Below are positions 47,939 to 57,701 of a stretch of DNA of 64,000 nucleotides, one piece after another. The stretch is from a virus: the IMG/VR virus record IMGVR_UViG_3300043419_000898, positions 18,498-82,497 of that record. One strand, written 5' to 3'. The stretch's first letter is position 1. Every line of letters starts with the position of its first letter. Both the position numbers and the translations under genes were made by a program. The notes under the pieces were generated by a model. The model did not search any database, had not been told where the DNA came from, and worked only from the letters and a program-made list of their open reading frames with translations.

Positions 47939-48124
47939 CTATCCGGTTAATCGAACCATCAACAAATCCAGCATGATGGCATATTCAAAAATGTCGCCGA
48001 TTATGATATCTGCCATGGTGGCATAGGCGTTCATTTTGACAAACCATGCATCGGCTATGAACGCTAGTGGTGTGCCGGTGGCTATGCCAGCACAGAGGTA
48101 TTTTTGGTCAATGTTCATTTTCAT
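47939..48124 (-). CDS. Small hypothetical protein
   Basis: GGAG RBS; terminator follows. Confidence 0.5.
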   Translation of the reverse strand: MKMNIDQKYLCAGIATGTPLAFIADAWFVKMNAYATMADIIIGDIFEYAIMLDLLMVRLTG

Positions 48125-48133
48125 ATACTCCAA

Positions 48134-48298
48134 TTATCCGGCATAGTGCCGGATAAGACATACTGCAAGTACTACGACGAAGCCGACCATGTATAGCACC
48201 ATACCGGCAAGTATGACAGCAAAAACAGAGGCGGCGAATGGCGACATGACACGGCTGTAGTCAACGTCGGTGGTGGTGGTGGTTTGTTTGGTTCCCAT
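48134..48298 (-). CDS. 54-aa membrane protein, leaderless
   Basis: ATGGGAACC start; MGTKQTTTTTD..FAASVFAVILAGMVLYMVGFVVVLAVCL; not in ORF track. Confidence 0.55.
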   Translation of the reverse strand: MGTKQTTTTTDVDYSRVMSPFAASVFAVILAGMVLYMVGFVVVLAVCLIRHYAG

Positions 48299-48455
48299 GC
48301 CTATCATTATACTGGATTGTCAACGTATCGCTAATTTATTTACGTAATAAATGCGAACTGTTGCAAAATCAACAAACGGCTTCTCCGACAGGTTTAGCTC
48401 GGTGAGAACTAACCTGCCATGACAGATACAAGCCGGGATTTCTCCCGGCTTATTT

Positions 48456-48728
48456 TTAGTTGATGTCTAAAACAACCGTTTTGTGGATAACACCATTACT
48501 AGTAGCATCCATTACTACCGAATCATCATTTACACAAATAACCCAAAGGTAGTGGTCAAACCGTGTGATTGTCACCGCCTCACCGGTTTTGTTGAATTTG
48601 CGTACGGCTGACGTGGCTTTAGTTTCATACAAATCAGCGAAACTAGGACGTGTACGTTCACTAGCATGATGGAAAAATTCATTTGATGCCGTCAAGGTGG
48701 TGGCTGACAAAGTTACTAATTTTTTCAT
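48456..48728 (-). CDS. Hypothetical cassette protein
   Basis: GAGGGAACCACTATG. Confidence 0.65.
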   Translation of the reverse strand: MKKLVTLSATTLTASNEFFHHASERTRPSFADLYETKATSAVRKFNKTGEAVTITRFDHYLWVICVNDDSVVMDATSNGVIHKTVVLDIN

Positions 48729-48989
48729 AGTGGTTCCCTCACCTAAATATTACCATACTTTGTCAATGTGTAACACATTTTGGAGCCGGTTATGAAAATA
48801 TAGTTTTGACCATTTACCAGTGAGAAGTTGATTATGCAACAAACGGCTTCTCCGACAGGTTCGGCTCAGTGGATGGCAGCCTGTCAAGCCGGGATGTGAC
48901 CTACAGTCACCATGCAAACATTTGTTTGCATTTTCCCAGTGATAGACACGAAAAACCGGCTAGATTTCTCTAACCGGTTGGGTTGTTAC

Positions 48990-49307
48990 TTACTTGGAAC
49001 GTGCTGGCCACGTGCCATACCGGATAACACCGGCATCGATGTACATAACACCGGTGAACGTGTCATCGGTAGTACCATCGCGGAATTCCTTGAATGCTAC
49101 GTTCATCCGAACCATTCTTTGCCCTTGCTGTGTGCCATGCACGATGCCACGTGCTACGCTACCGTCGCCTAAGATAGCGGACGCTTGACGGATGCCGAAT
49201 TGTTCGAACAGCATTTTTTCCGCTTGCTTTACAGCGATGGCATTTGCCGCGACGGAGTCGGAGGACGTGTCTACCGTGTCCCAACCGGTTGGTGTAGTGT
49301 TTTCCAT
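48990..49307 (-). CDS. MENTT-leader cassette protein
   Basis: ATGGAAAACACTAC leaderless start. Confidence 0.7.
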   Translation of the reverse strand: MENTTPTGWDTVDTSSDSVAANAIAVKQAEKMLFEQFGIRQASAILGDGSVARGIVHGTQQGQRMVRMNVAFKEFRDGTTDDTFTGVMYIDAGVIRYGTWPARSK

Positions 49308-49591
49308 ACCTAATGGTATCACCTATTGTCACCTATGCAAACTATTTATCGGATATATTTTCGGCAGTTTACCAGTGAAATTTCAAATTCATGGTGACAG
49401 ATAGTCACGGCTAGCTTCTCCGACAGGCTGCCATCCCTACTGTAAGTCCTGCCAAGCCGGGATGTGACGGATAGTCACGTGTGACTTTTGGTCACATCAA
49501 AATCGAAATGTGACTGGAAGTCACCTATCAGGCATAATGCCCAATGCAGGGGTGCTGTCACCACCCCCCCCCCCGCTGGTACCCGCTCCGA

Positions 49592-49825
49592 CTAGTCACC
49601 GTAGTGGAATTCATACAAACATTCGGAACAAATGTTCCGCTCTTCCGTACGAACAATTTCGCCGGTGTAGTCATGTTTGTGGATTTGGCACTCGTATACA
49701 TCATTGCCTAATCCGTCATTGCATTTATCGCAACCGTAGCGGGTGAAATGACGCTCTTCGGCGTTCTGCATGGTGACATTTGCACCGGACATTTCGAGCG
49801 ATTCGATGTACTCTTCCCAAGTCAT
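49592..49825 (-). CDS. Small Cys-rich (CxxC x2) cassette protein
   Basis: AGGGAACC leader; CDKC...CSEC. Confidence 0.65.
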   Translation of the reverse strand: MTWEEYIESLEMSGANVTMQNAEERHFTRYGCDKCNDGLGNDVYECQIHKHDYTGEIVRTEERNICSECLYEFHYGD

Positions 49826-50008
49826 TTTCGTGGTTCCCTTCATAGCACTTGGCTACACTAGAATAATACCATGTTGGTAGACAAAGTCAATGTGAAAAAT
49901 TACCATTGAATATGCAACAACTGGAACAGCAGGATAGATTCCTAGTTTCACAACCTGCCTATAGGTCAAGAAAAAACCGGCTGGATGGTTTCCAACCGGT
50001 TTGATGTA

Positions 50009-50242
50009 TTAGGCTCCGAAACCGAGCCTTTTTCGCCACGTTGGGGCATTTTTTGGGTCTTGACGGTACCGGAGCTCGGCACTGCAATAGTGGATTTCAT
50101 CGGTGTAGTATCCGATGTTTGGATTATCCGGTTGGAGCCGGATAACTTGCTGACAGTCGGCAATTATGTGCCGGAGCGAGTGAAGGCAATTGTGTACCAG
50201 ATTCCGCTGATACTCGGTGTGGTTCATTTGTTTGGTTCCCAT
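50009..50242 (-). CDS. Hypothetical cassette protein
   Basis: ATGGGAACC start; YY.DEIHYC..EL..R. Confidence 0.65.
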   Translation of the reverse strand: MGTKQMNHTEYQRNLVHNCLHSLRHIIADCQQVIRLQPDNPNIGYYTDEIHYCSAELRYRQDPKNAPTWRKRLGFGA

Positions 50243-50401
50243 GCATCTAATTTACCACCACTTTGTATACGTTGCAAATGTATTTTGTTGTTAGAGAATA
50301 ACTATTGAATATGCAACTACATTGAGCAGATGGCAGGACTACCGAGTGGGAGTCAAGCCTGTCACAAGACAAAAAGAAAACCGGGATTTCTCCCGGCTTG
50401 A

Positions 50402-50659
50402 TTAGTCTTCGATTTCTCTTGGTATGCATATACACGCATTGACCAATTCTCTTTCCGACATCATACGCACCACGTAATTTGACATGGTGATTTCACCGGC
50501 GTCGGCACCATCAGAGTATTGAGTCGCCTTGATGGTGATATCTCGACCCATAAACATTTCCGTACCTACGTTACGGAGCAACGCTGGTACCGTGGCAACG
50601 AATTTGCCATTGACGGTGAAGTTGTACGTACCACTGAGGTACTCTTTGGTGTTTCTCAT
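50402..50659 (-). CDS. Hypothetical cassette protein, leaderless
   Basis: TTGACA promoter then ATGAGAAACAC. Confidence 0.65.
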   Translation of the reverse strand: MRNTKEYLSGTYNFTVNGKFVATVPALLRNVGTEMFMGRDITIKATQYSDGADAGEITMSNYVVRMMSERELVNACICIPREIED

Positions 50660-51020
50660 GCCTATATCCTAGGGCATGAATTAGACTTTGTCAACACCTA
50701 TTTTGAAAATAGTTTTATAGGCATACGGTACAAATTTGCTACCACGGCTCAAATGCAACAATGCCTCTATTTGTCCAAATTTGGCGATTCTAGCCACTTA
50801 TCATGCGATATTGAGTAAAGTATCATCGAGCATCAAAAACGGCTCTATTTGGGCATTTCAGAGCGTTAGTCAAAACGTGTCTGTTGTTTGTTTGATTATT
50901 CAACTATGGCAGGGCTAGTCACCACTCAGTAAGCCTGTCGTCAGGCAAAAAGAAAAGCCGGGATTGCTCCCGGCAGCTGCCTACGATGTAGAGCTGGGAT
51001 TTCTCCCAGCTCATTTCCTA

Positions 51021-51251
51021 CTAAAGGTAAAGCGACTTTTTGGTTGGCTCCAACCATTCTTCACGGAGCATAAAGGCAGCCATTTTCAAGCTACCCAAGC
51101 TCTTTTCATCGCAATCACGGATTTGGTCCATAAGCATTTCGACAGCTTCCAGAGCAATTTCAAGCCGCTTTTCGGTGATTGTCGCATTGGCGGCGATAGA
51201 GTCGGACGATGTATCGACTGAAGTCCAGCCGTTTGGTGTAGTGTTTTCCAT
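51021..51251 (-). CDS. MENTT-leader cassette protein
   Basis: TTGACA-17-TAAGAT-6nt-ATGGAAAACACTAC. Confidence 0.7.
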   Translation of the reverse strand: MENTTPNGWTSVDTSSDSIAANATITEKRLEIALEAVEMLMDQIRDCDEKSLGSLKMAAFMLREEWLEPTKKSLYL

Positions 51252-51401
51252 GTCTATATCTTACGGCATGAAATAGAGAATGTCAACAACTATTTTACAT
51301 TTGTTTTTAGAGCTACTAGCAGCTGCCAACGGCAGGTTCGGTGGCTGGTAGTAAGTCCTGTTGTGAGGCAAAAGAAAAGCCGGGATTCCTCCCGGCTTGC
51401 A

Positions 51402-51623
51402 TTACGATTTATGAGTAGCGATTATTTTTTCTGCTATCCAATCCCAATTTATATCATCAAGCATATCCAGCAGATAATCATACTTTGGGGATTCATCCAT
51501 AAAGTAATCGTGTGCCACCGACATTGCCTCACCACCATTGAATCCGTCTCCTGAGGACTCCCATTGTGCGACAAATCCATCATAAACGGTATCTAGTACT
51601 AGTTCAGTTTCAGCGTTTATCAT
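51402..51623 (-). CDS. Hypothetical cassette protein
   Basis: AGGGAACCAAGATG; C-terminal INW..IA shared with ORFs at 57438 and 59907. Confidence 0.65.
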   Translation of the reverse strand: MINAETELVLDTVYDGFVAQWESSGDGFNGGEAMSVAHDYFMDESPKYDYLLDMLDDINWDWIAEKIIATHKS

Positions 51624-51850
51624 CTTGGTTCCCTTTCACAATTATTATACCACTTTGTCAACTATCTGCAAGAAAATATATCAACTATTTTTTGACTGAA
51701 ATAAAGACAGGTTCGAAGACTGGTAGTCAGTCCTGCCACAAGGGGGTGTGACGGATAGTCACCATGCAAACATTTGTTTGTTTTCCCAGTGATAGACATG
51801 AAAAAACCACTGGCTGATTTTAGCCAGTGGTGTAGCCTACGATAAAGGGA

Positions 51851-52099
51851 TTAGGCTAACTCTAGAGCCTTCTCCGTGAGTGCCCAACCGTACTTACCGC
51901 CTTCTGGGTCGAAGTCGATTAGTCCAGCGTCCTGAGCACCAGACATAACGCCAGCGGTACGCTCATTGCTCCAGCCGGTGACCTTGGCTACCATTTCGGC
52001 ACTAAACCACGAGTGGTTATCGAGCATCAATTGTGCCGCGGTCTCGTACGGGCTATCGGCGATTACGACTTCTACCAAACGCTTCTGAAATTCTGTCAT
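51851..52099 (-). CDS. Possible winged-HTH cassette protein
   Basis: SAE.VA..TGW.....AGV......GLI; structured leader. Confidence 0.6.
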   Translation of the reverse strand: MTEFQKRLVEVVIADSPYETAAQLMLDNHSWFSAEMVAKVTGWSNERTAGVMSGAQDAGLIDFDPEGGKYGWALTEKALELA

Positions 52100-52442
52100 T
52101 GTGGTTCCCTCAGTAGGTTAGGTTGTTTCCTACCTACACTATGATAATATGCTATAACGTAGACAAAGTCAAGAAAATAAATGGCATATTGGCAAAATAT
52201 TTTTGACCATTTACCAGTGAAAAATCAATCTCATGGTGACTTCTAGTCACGGGAGTCTTTGACAGGTTTGGCTACTAGTAGTCAGTCCTGCCGATGTGAC
52301 TGTCCGTCACGTGTGACCCAGCGTCACGGAGGTGACTATCAGTCACGGTGACTAGCCGTCACCATGTGCACTCTGCCCAATACAGGTGTCATGCGTCCAC
52401 CCCCCCCCTCCACGCCGCCAGCCAAAGAAAAGAAAACCGGGA

Positions 52443-52658
52443 TTACTCCCGGTTAGCCGCCACTTCGTTGCACGTGGCACAATCGTTGCAGATTTCTTCG
52501 TCTGCTATCCAATCATCTTCCCAGACCCAATCACCGCATTGTGTACACTGCATGGTACTAGGCTCCGCACCATAGCAATCATCATCCATATCATCTGCCA
52601 TCATCTCAGCATCCAGCCACGGTGCGATATTCGACTCCAGCATCCATTCTTCGTCCAT
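52443..52658 (-). CDS. Acidic Zn-finger-like cassette protein
   Basis: AGGGAACCAAAATG; CTQC...CNDC. Confidence 0.6.
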   Translation of the reverse strand: MDEEWMLESNIAPWLDAEMMADDMDDDCYGAEPSTMQCTQCGDWVWEDDWIADEEICNDCATCNEVAANRE

Positions 52659-52823
52659 TTTGGTTCCCTTCCTTCCTACATCAATAATATACCGTACATA
52701 GTAGACAATGTCAAGCAAATACATGAAAATACTTTGGTTGCATAATCAACAAACAACAGAGATGGCAGGATAGATGCCTACCTATAAGTCCTGCCATAAG
52801 GCATAAAAAAAGAGCCTTTCGGC

Positions 52824-53132
52824 TCATGCGAACATTTCGTCATACTCCATAGTGATTGCCTCTTCCCATAGCAGATTGACGTGATGGCGAAGCATCATAC
52901 TTCCTACATACTCAGTCACTACCAGATTGACGTTCCACTGTGCATCACCGTGCAATTCCGCCATCGTGTCATGCACCTCTTCACCGAATGCTTTGATAGC
53001 ACACATAATGATTTGCTTTTCATCTGCATCCAGAGGCGTATCAATGTTGATAGCGTGTGACCAGACTGCACGGTCTTCCATTGTGGAGGCGTCAAGTGCA
53101 CCGCAGATTACGAAGTGTAGTGTATTTCCCAT
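52824..53132 (-). CDS. Hypothetical cassette protein, leaderless
   Basis: ATGGGAAATACACTAC start. Confidence 0.65.
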   Translation of the reverse strand: MGNTLHFVICGALDASTMEDRAVWSHAINIDTPLDADEKQIIMCAIKAFGEEVHDTMAELHGDAQWNVNLVVTEYVGSMMLRHHVNLLWEEAITMEYDEMFA

Positions 53133-53241
53133 GCCTATATCTTATCATACTTTGTATACGTGTCAAGAAGTATTTTACTTGAATGTGCAACTACCTGAGA
53201 TGGCAGGAGTTGCACGATAGATGGCAGCCTGTAAGCCTCCA

Positions 53242-53400
53242 TCACTCCTCCCTTCCCTTGTGCTTTGCCTTCCGGCTGTACGTCCGTTTGTTGTCGTACA
53301 CCATCGATTTCTGCCACGGGCGGTCACTAGCCGGTATGCGTGATTTGTTGGCTGTACGGGCATTCTGGAGCTCTCTGTCGGTTAGTTTAATCGTTTTCAT
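53242..53400 (-). CDS. 52-aa basic protein with ArfA/BrfA-like C-terminal motif
   Basis: AGGGAACCAATG; ...VYDNKRTYSRKAKHKG; not in ORF track. Confidence 0.55.
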   Translation of the reverse strand: MKTIKLTDRELQNARTANKSRIPASDRPWQKSMVYDNKRTYSRKAKHKGREE

Positions 53401-53450
53401 TGGTTCCCTTTCAAAGATAGAGCCGGTATTTCTACCGGCTCATTGAGTGA

Positions 53451-53672
53451 TTACGCTACGTTGATGTTTCCGTGCTTGACACAGAGTGCATCGTAGATTT
53501 CTCTACCGTTTTCAGTAAGGGATTCGTATCCCTTGTGAAGTGGTGAGATACGAAACTGCATTCGGTGCAACCTTCCGAAAATCCGGTAGATTGGGCAATT
53601 CATGCCACCATGCCAATCACTTGCGAACGCATGGTACGCTTCGCAGATATCAAACCTATCAAAATTCGTCAT
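53451..53672 (-). CDS. Hypothetical cassette protein
   Basis: AGGGAACCAAGTTATG; FDRFDICEAY...L.ENGREIY. Confidence 0.65.
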   Translation of the reverse strand: MTNFDRFDICEAYHAFASDWHGGMNCPIYRIFGRLHRMQFRISPLHKGYESLTENGREIYDALCVKHGNINVA

Positions 53673-53813
53673 AACTTGGTTCCCTTCCGACACTGTTAAT
53701 GTACCATGCCTAGTAGACAAACGCAAATAAATAGTCAAACTATTTTTGTTGTTTATGCAACTAAATAACCTGTCATCAGACAAAGGGAAAGCCGGGATTT
53801 CTCCCGGCTTTCA

Positions 53814-53834
53814 TTCTAGGGAACCAACCTAGAA
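53814..53834 (-). ncRNA. Candidate antisense hairpin (loop UUGGUUC)
   Basis: TTCTAGG-TTGGTTC-CCTAGAA just before a terminator; complementary to AGGGAACCAA. Confidence 0.45.
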
Positions 53835-53993
53835 AACTCTAGGGATTAAGGTTCCGATGTAGATTAGCACTACCGCTATACCTAGGTACGCTCTATCTTT
53901 GCGATGCATAGCACCAAATAACAAAGCCAACAAAAGCATTCCAAAGATACCGCTGAAACTTACTAACCTTGACAAATCTTCTATGATTATCAT
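53829..53993 (-). CDS. 54-aa two-TM protein
   Basis: AGGGAAG RBS; hydrophobic; not in ORF track. Confidence 0.55.
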   Translation of the reverse strand: MIIIEDLSRLVSFSGIFGMLLLALLFGAMHRKDRAYLGIAVVLIYIGTLIPRVF

Positions 53994-54151
53994 CTTCCCT
54001 ATCCCTTTCCTACACTACTAATATATCACCACTTTGTATACTACGCAAGGCATTTATCAAACTATTTTCAGAGACCACCGATGGCAGGAGCTGTACCACG
54101 TATGGCAGCCTGTGCAGAGGCATAAAAAAAGGAGCCTTTCGGCTCCTACTC

Positions 54152-54472
54152 CTACCTAGTGCTCAGTTCAAGCACCTTGCCGAGATACTCGGTATCTTTT
54201 TTCAGTGCCTTTGCAACCTTGCCGATTTCGGGATACATCTCACGGTAGTGTGACGGCTCACATTCCAGCAGAAAATCACCGAATACGTTTTCTGCATCCG
54301 ATACCCAATTAGATACCGTTTGGGTTTCGTCGGCACAGTCGTACAAGTCACGCCAATCGAAATCTGCTAGACATCCAACGGGTACACCACAGATACGATT
54401 CGAGATGTAGTTTACGAGTGCCATCCATTGGCGATAAGTCAAAGCGACTTTTTTACGGGTAGTGTTTTCCAT
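54152..54472 (-). CDS. MENTT-leader cassette protein
   Basis: ATGGAAAACACTAC leaderless start. Confidence 0.7.
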   Translation of the reverse strand: MENTTRKKVALTYRQWMALVNYISNRICGVPVGCLADFDWRDLYDCADETQTVSNWVSDAENVFGDFLLECEPSHYREMYPEIGKVAKALKKDTEYLGKVLELSTR

Positions 54473-54478
54473 GTCTAT

Positions 54479-54527
54479 ATATTACCATACTGGTATACAA
54501 AGTCAAGGAAATGACAAAACTATTTTT
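54479..54527 (-). promoter_or_regulatory. Representative cassette promoter
   Basis: AAAAATAGTTTT UP-like element, TTGACT-16nt-TAATAT with TG extension, ATG 6 nt later; similar promoters precede most cassettes. Confidence 0.75.
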
Positions 54528-54629
54528 CGGTTGCATAATCAACTACTTTGACCGAGATGGCAGGATAGATGACCTACGGTAGAGCCTGTCGTATGGCAAA
54601 AAGAAAACCGGGATTTCTCCCGGTTCGCT

Positions 54630-54836
54630 TTACATCGCTCTAACTTTCCCTATCCATTCGGCTACTTGCTCAAATGAAAGGTATCCATGCACATCATCTT
54701 GAACGATACCGTCTTTCATGACTGCTATCTCAAATAACCCTTGGTCGGCACCATATGAGATTCCCGGCTGGCAGATGATGGATATCGTGTATCCATTTGG
54801 AAATGTGATTTTCTTTTCGTAAAACGTTGGTGTCAT
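54630..54836 (-). CDS. Hypothetical cassette protein
   Basis: Structured leader + AGGGGAACC; F.NGY.ISI....SYG...GLFEIAV. Confidence 0.7.
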   Translation of the reverse strand: MTPTFYEKKITFPNGYTISIICQPGISYGADQGLFEIAVMKDGIVQDDVHGYLSFEQVAEWIGKVRAM

Positions 54837-55033
54837 TTTGGTTCCCCTTGTAGGCTAGGCTACTTCCTTCCTACATCTATATAATACCGTACCTAGTATA
54901 CAATGTCAAGAAAATAGTCAAAGTATTTTTGTTGTTTATGCAACTACTTACAACAGATGACAGGTTTAGAGCTGAGTATGGCAGCCTGTGAGGAGGCAAA
55001 AGAAAAGCCGGGATTTCTCCCGGCTAGTGCCTC

Positions 55034-55264
55034 CTAGTTGAAGTTGAATGGTGCCTTCTGGATGTTCTCTAGGCTTTCCCGTAGGATTCGCACGTAAATG
55101 GTGAACCTAGGGTCATTTATCACCTCAAGTGTATTAAGTGCGGATTGTGCGATTTGAAGTGTAGCACCATACTTTTGCGATGGATGCATTGCATCCAATT
55201 CTACGCTAGTGCTATCAGACGACGTGTCGATGGTATCCCATCCGTTTGGTGTAGTGTTTTCCAT
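55034..55264 (-). CDS. MENTT-leader cassette protein
   Basis: ATGGAAAACACTAC leaderless start. Confidence 0.7.
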   Translation of the reverse strand: MENTTPNGWDTIDTSSDSTSVELDAMHPSQKYGATLQIAQSALNTLEVINDPRFTIYVRILRESLENIQKAPFNFN

Positions 55265-55485
55265 ACATATATGTTACAAGGACTTTGTATATATGTCAAG
55301 GAATATGTCAAACTATTTTCAGCGACCGAACTTGGCAGGAAAGTGAACCTAGGTACAGTCCTGTGATACGGGATGTGACTGTCCGTCACCATGCTGACTA
55401 TCAGTCACGTGGCATGACATCAAAAAAGCCCCTCCGGATGGAAGGGCTTTGCTCATTGCAGGTCGTCTGGGTTGCACCCCCCCCC

Positions 55486-55749
55486 TTAGCGGAGGGAGAG
55501 GTATTTCCCGTGTGTGATTTGTCCGGTCTCTACGAGCTCGTGGACGTATTTGGCGATGTCACGAGCATCCCATTTGTAGAACCCGGCTTCGATATCGGAC
55601 ATCACGCCTTCGGTGTTAGCGTAGTAGACTTCCATAGTCTCATCTGCATCCATCACGAGAACGGATGCTTCACCGCGCTCATTTGACATATTGACGTAGT
55701 ATTCGGTGTATCCGATACCGTCACGATTTGGTGCGTTTACGAGTGGCAT
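55486..55749 (-). CDS. Hypothetical cassette protein
   Basis: AAGGAAGGG RBS after promoter. Confidence 0.6.
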   Translation of the reverse strand: MPLVNAPNRDGIGYTEYYVNMSNERGEASVLVMDADETMEVYYANTEGVMSDIEAGFYKWDARDIAKYVHELVETGQITHGKYLSLR

Positions 55750-55911
55750 TTCTTTGTACCCTTCCTTCACATATATATTACCATACTTTGTATACGTGTC
55801 AAGAAAATATGTGAACTATTTTTACTTGCATAATCAACAACAGGACTGTCACTAGGTATGGCGGCCTGTAAGATGGCAAAAAAAGAGCCGGGATTTCTCC
55901 CGGCTTTCGCC

Positions 55912-56103
55912 TTACTCCTTGTCGAAGCCGTCAAACCAAGGACCCATGCGACGGGTTCGGGCTTTCCCGGTAGCATTGGTGCACGTACTGGACGACGTCT
56001 GCGGGTCGCTACAATGTGCCTTCGCTTCTTCAAGCGTCAAACCACGCTTGATGGTGCGTCGTCCGCCTTCGAAGTACATCCGGATAATCTTGTAAGTGGT
56101 CAT
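55912..56103 (-). CDS. Small basic cassette protein
   Basis: Structured leader; YKIIR...GLTLEEA.AHC.DP.TSS. Confidence 0.7.
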   Translation of the reverse strand: MTTYKIIRMYFEGGRRTIKRGLTLEEAKAHCSDPQTSSSTCTNATGKARTRRMGPWFDGFDKE

Positions 56104-56196
56104 TTTTGGTTCCCTTTGTAGGCTAGGTTGCTTCCTTCCTACACCTATATATTACCACACTTTGTCACCTATGCAAGAAAATATATAAACTATTTT

Positions 56197-56460
56197 TCAA
56201 GCGTCCGAGATGACAGGTTCCATCATCGGCAGCCACTCTTGTTCTAACCACTTCATAAGCTGCTTGTAATCCACTCCCGTATACACAGCTCTACCATCGG
56301 TGAACAGCGTGACCTTACGACGGTTCCTGTAAGGGTAGAGGCTGACTCCTACCGTCATTCCTAGGCTATACGCTAGGTTTACAAGCTTGGTGAACAAAGT
56401 CCCGTCAAGCGTGAAAAAGCCTCTAGATTCGTCATCTAGAGGCTTGTAGAGGCTACTCAA
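56197..56460 (-). CDS. Hypothetical protein
   Basis: Coupled to the upstream ORF. Confidence 0.5.
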   Translation of the reverse strand: MSSLYKPLDDESRGFFTLDGTLFTKLVNLAYSLGMTVGVSLYPYRNRRKVTLFTDGRAVYTGVDYKQLMKWLEQEWLPMMEPVISDA

Positions 56461-56822
56461 TACGATGGTCGGAAGATACCAGCGGTAGCATTGGCGGTAC
56501 CACGTGCATCATGCTCTGCATCACGATTTTCGATTTCTACCCAATAAAGGTAGTCATTGAACATTTCATACGTCATTTTCCGTGGATGTCCAACGATGCA
56601 AACAAGATTGTCATTTTCCGTAAAGTGATTTTCATCTTCCAGCGAATCAACGATATCACCATCAACGAAGATTTTAGGCACCATATTGGCATCATGGTCT
56701 GCAAGTACAAGCCATTCTTCTGTTGCATCAACAGAATCGATGTACTTGAAGGAATAGCCATTTACCAGCAAATCCCGCACCTCAGCCCTATCCATTTTCA
56801 CGTAGTCATTAAAATTAATCAT
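56457..56822 (-). CDS. Hypothetical cassette protein
   Basis: AGGGAACCAAGATG. Confidence 0.65.
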   Translation of the reverse strand: MINFNDYVKMDRAEVRDLLVNGYSFKYIDSVDATEEWLVLADHDANMVPKIFVDGDIVDSLEDENHFTENDNLVCIVGHPRKMTYEMFNDYLYWVEIENRDAEHDARGTANATAGIFRPSY

Positions 56823-57015
56823 CTTGGTTCCCTTCCCTTTCACATCAATAATATATCGTACCTAGTAGACAATGTCAAGAAAATAGATGGACTATTTTTC
56901 CGTTGACTAATCAACTAAACGGAGAACGGCAGGAGTGACTCACAGTCACCAAGCCTGTCATAAGGCAAAAATAAAGGGGAACCGACTTGGCTCCCCTTGT
57001 GCTAAGTTGGACGCT

Positions 57016-57246
57016 CTATTCGAACGTCACGAAGCCTACCATACACGCTCCCGACGGCTTGAAGGTGAGCGTATCACCGATATTTTCGGTATAGCACCGA
57101 ACGTTAGTCAAGCCTAACTCAGCCTTGACCTTACGCATGATTTGCGACTGAGTCGCATTGTCAGCGATTTCGAACTTACCACGCTGAACCCAACTGTAGT
57201 TTGCTTCACCAGCAAACGTATCTGTCAACTCAAATCGTACTGTCAT
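57016..57246 (-). CDS. Hypothetical cassette protein
   Basis: Structured leader; E.TDTF.GEANYSWV.R. Confidence 0.7.
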   Translation of the reverse strand: MTVRFELTDTFAGEANYSWVQRGKFEIADNATQSQIMRKVKAELGLTNVRCYTENIGDTLTFKPSGACMVGFVTFE

Positions 57247-57437
57247 TTTGGTTCCCCTTGTGGATTAGGTTGATTCCTATCCACATCAATAATATACACC
57301 ATGCGGTAGACAAAGTCAAGGAAATAGGCAAACTATTTTCAGTTGATTAGTCAACTACTTTTGGCTTGATGGCAGGACTACCACTCAGTATGGCAGCCTG
57401 TAAGATGGCAAAAAAAGGAGCCTTTCGGCTCCTCCTC

Positions 57438-57701
57438 CTACCCTTCGTCTTCGTCTTCGTCTTCGATTTCGTTTGCTTCGTTTATCGCATTTGCAATTTC
57501 TTCGAAGTCTACCGCACTGATGTACGTTTCGATGATGTCATTGTAGAGCGAACCCGGTTCCACTCCAGCCGGTGCCATATCACGCACCATATCTTCCACT
57601 GCATCCGCCGATACCTTGGAATCTTCGCCGATGAATGCATCCATGATGTGGAGCGAACAATTCCACGTTTCGTAATTCGCCCAACCGTTGTAAGTGCTCA
57701 T
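57438..57701 (-). CDS. Acidic cassette protein (YNGW.N.ETW family)
   Basis: Paralogue of 59907..60176. Confidence 0.7.
   Translation of the reverse strand: MSTYNGWANYETWNCSLHIMDAFIGEDSKVSADAVEDMVRDMAPAGVEPGSLYNDIIETYISAVDFEEIANAINEANEIEDEDEDEG

Larger units (their letters stand above)
44664..50860. repeat. Four ~100-170 bp degenerate repeats (44664, 45531, 46260, 50761)
   Basis: Shared (TGCCTCTRTAGGCT)CAAATTTGGCKATTCTA...AAAACGRSYSTATTTRGGCA. Confidence 0.8.

Noticed and set aside
54838-54850. AGGGGAACC matches the 16S rRNA helix-45 loop sequence
   Set aside because: Same sense rather than complementary, only 9 nt, and the flanking stem is missing; probably coincidence
56214-56241. CAGG-N20-CTTG near-match inside ORF 56197..56460
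   Set aside because: One mismatch and within coding sequence; not counted among the 29, although it lies where a site would be expected
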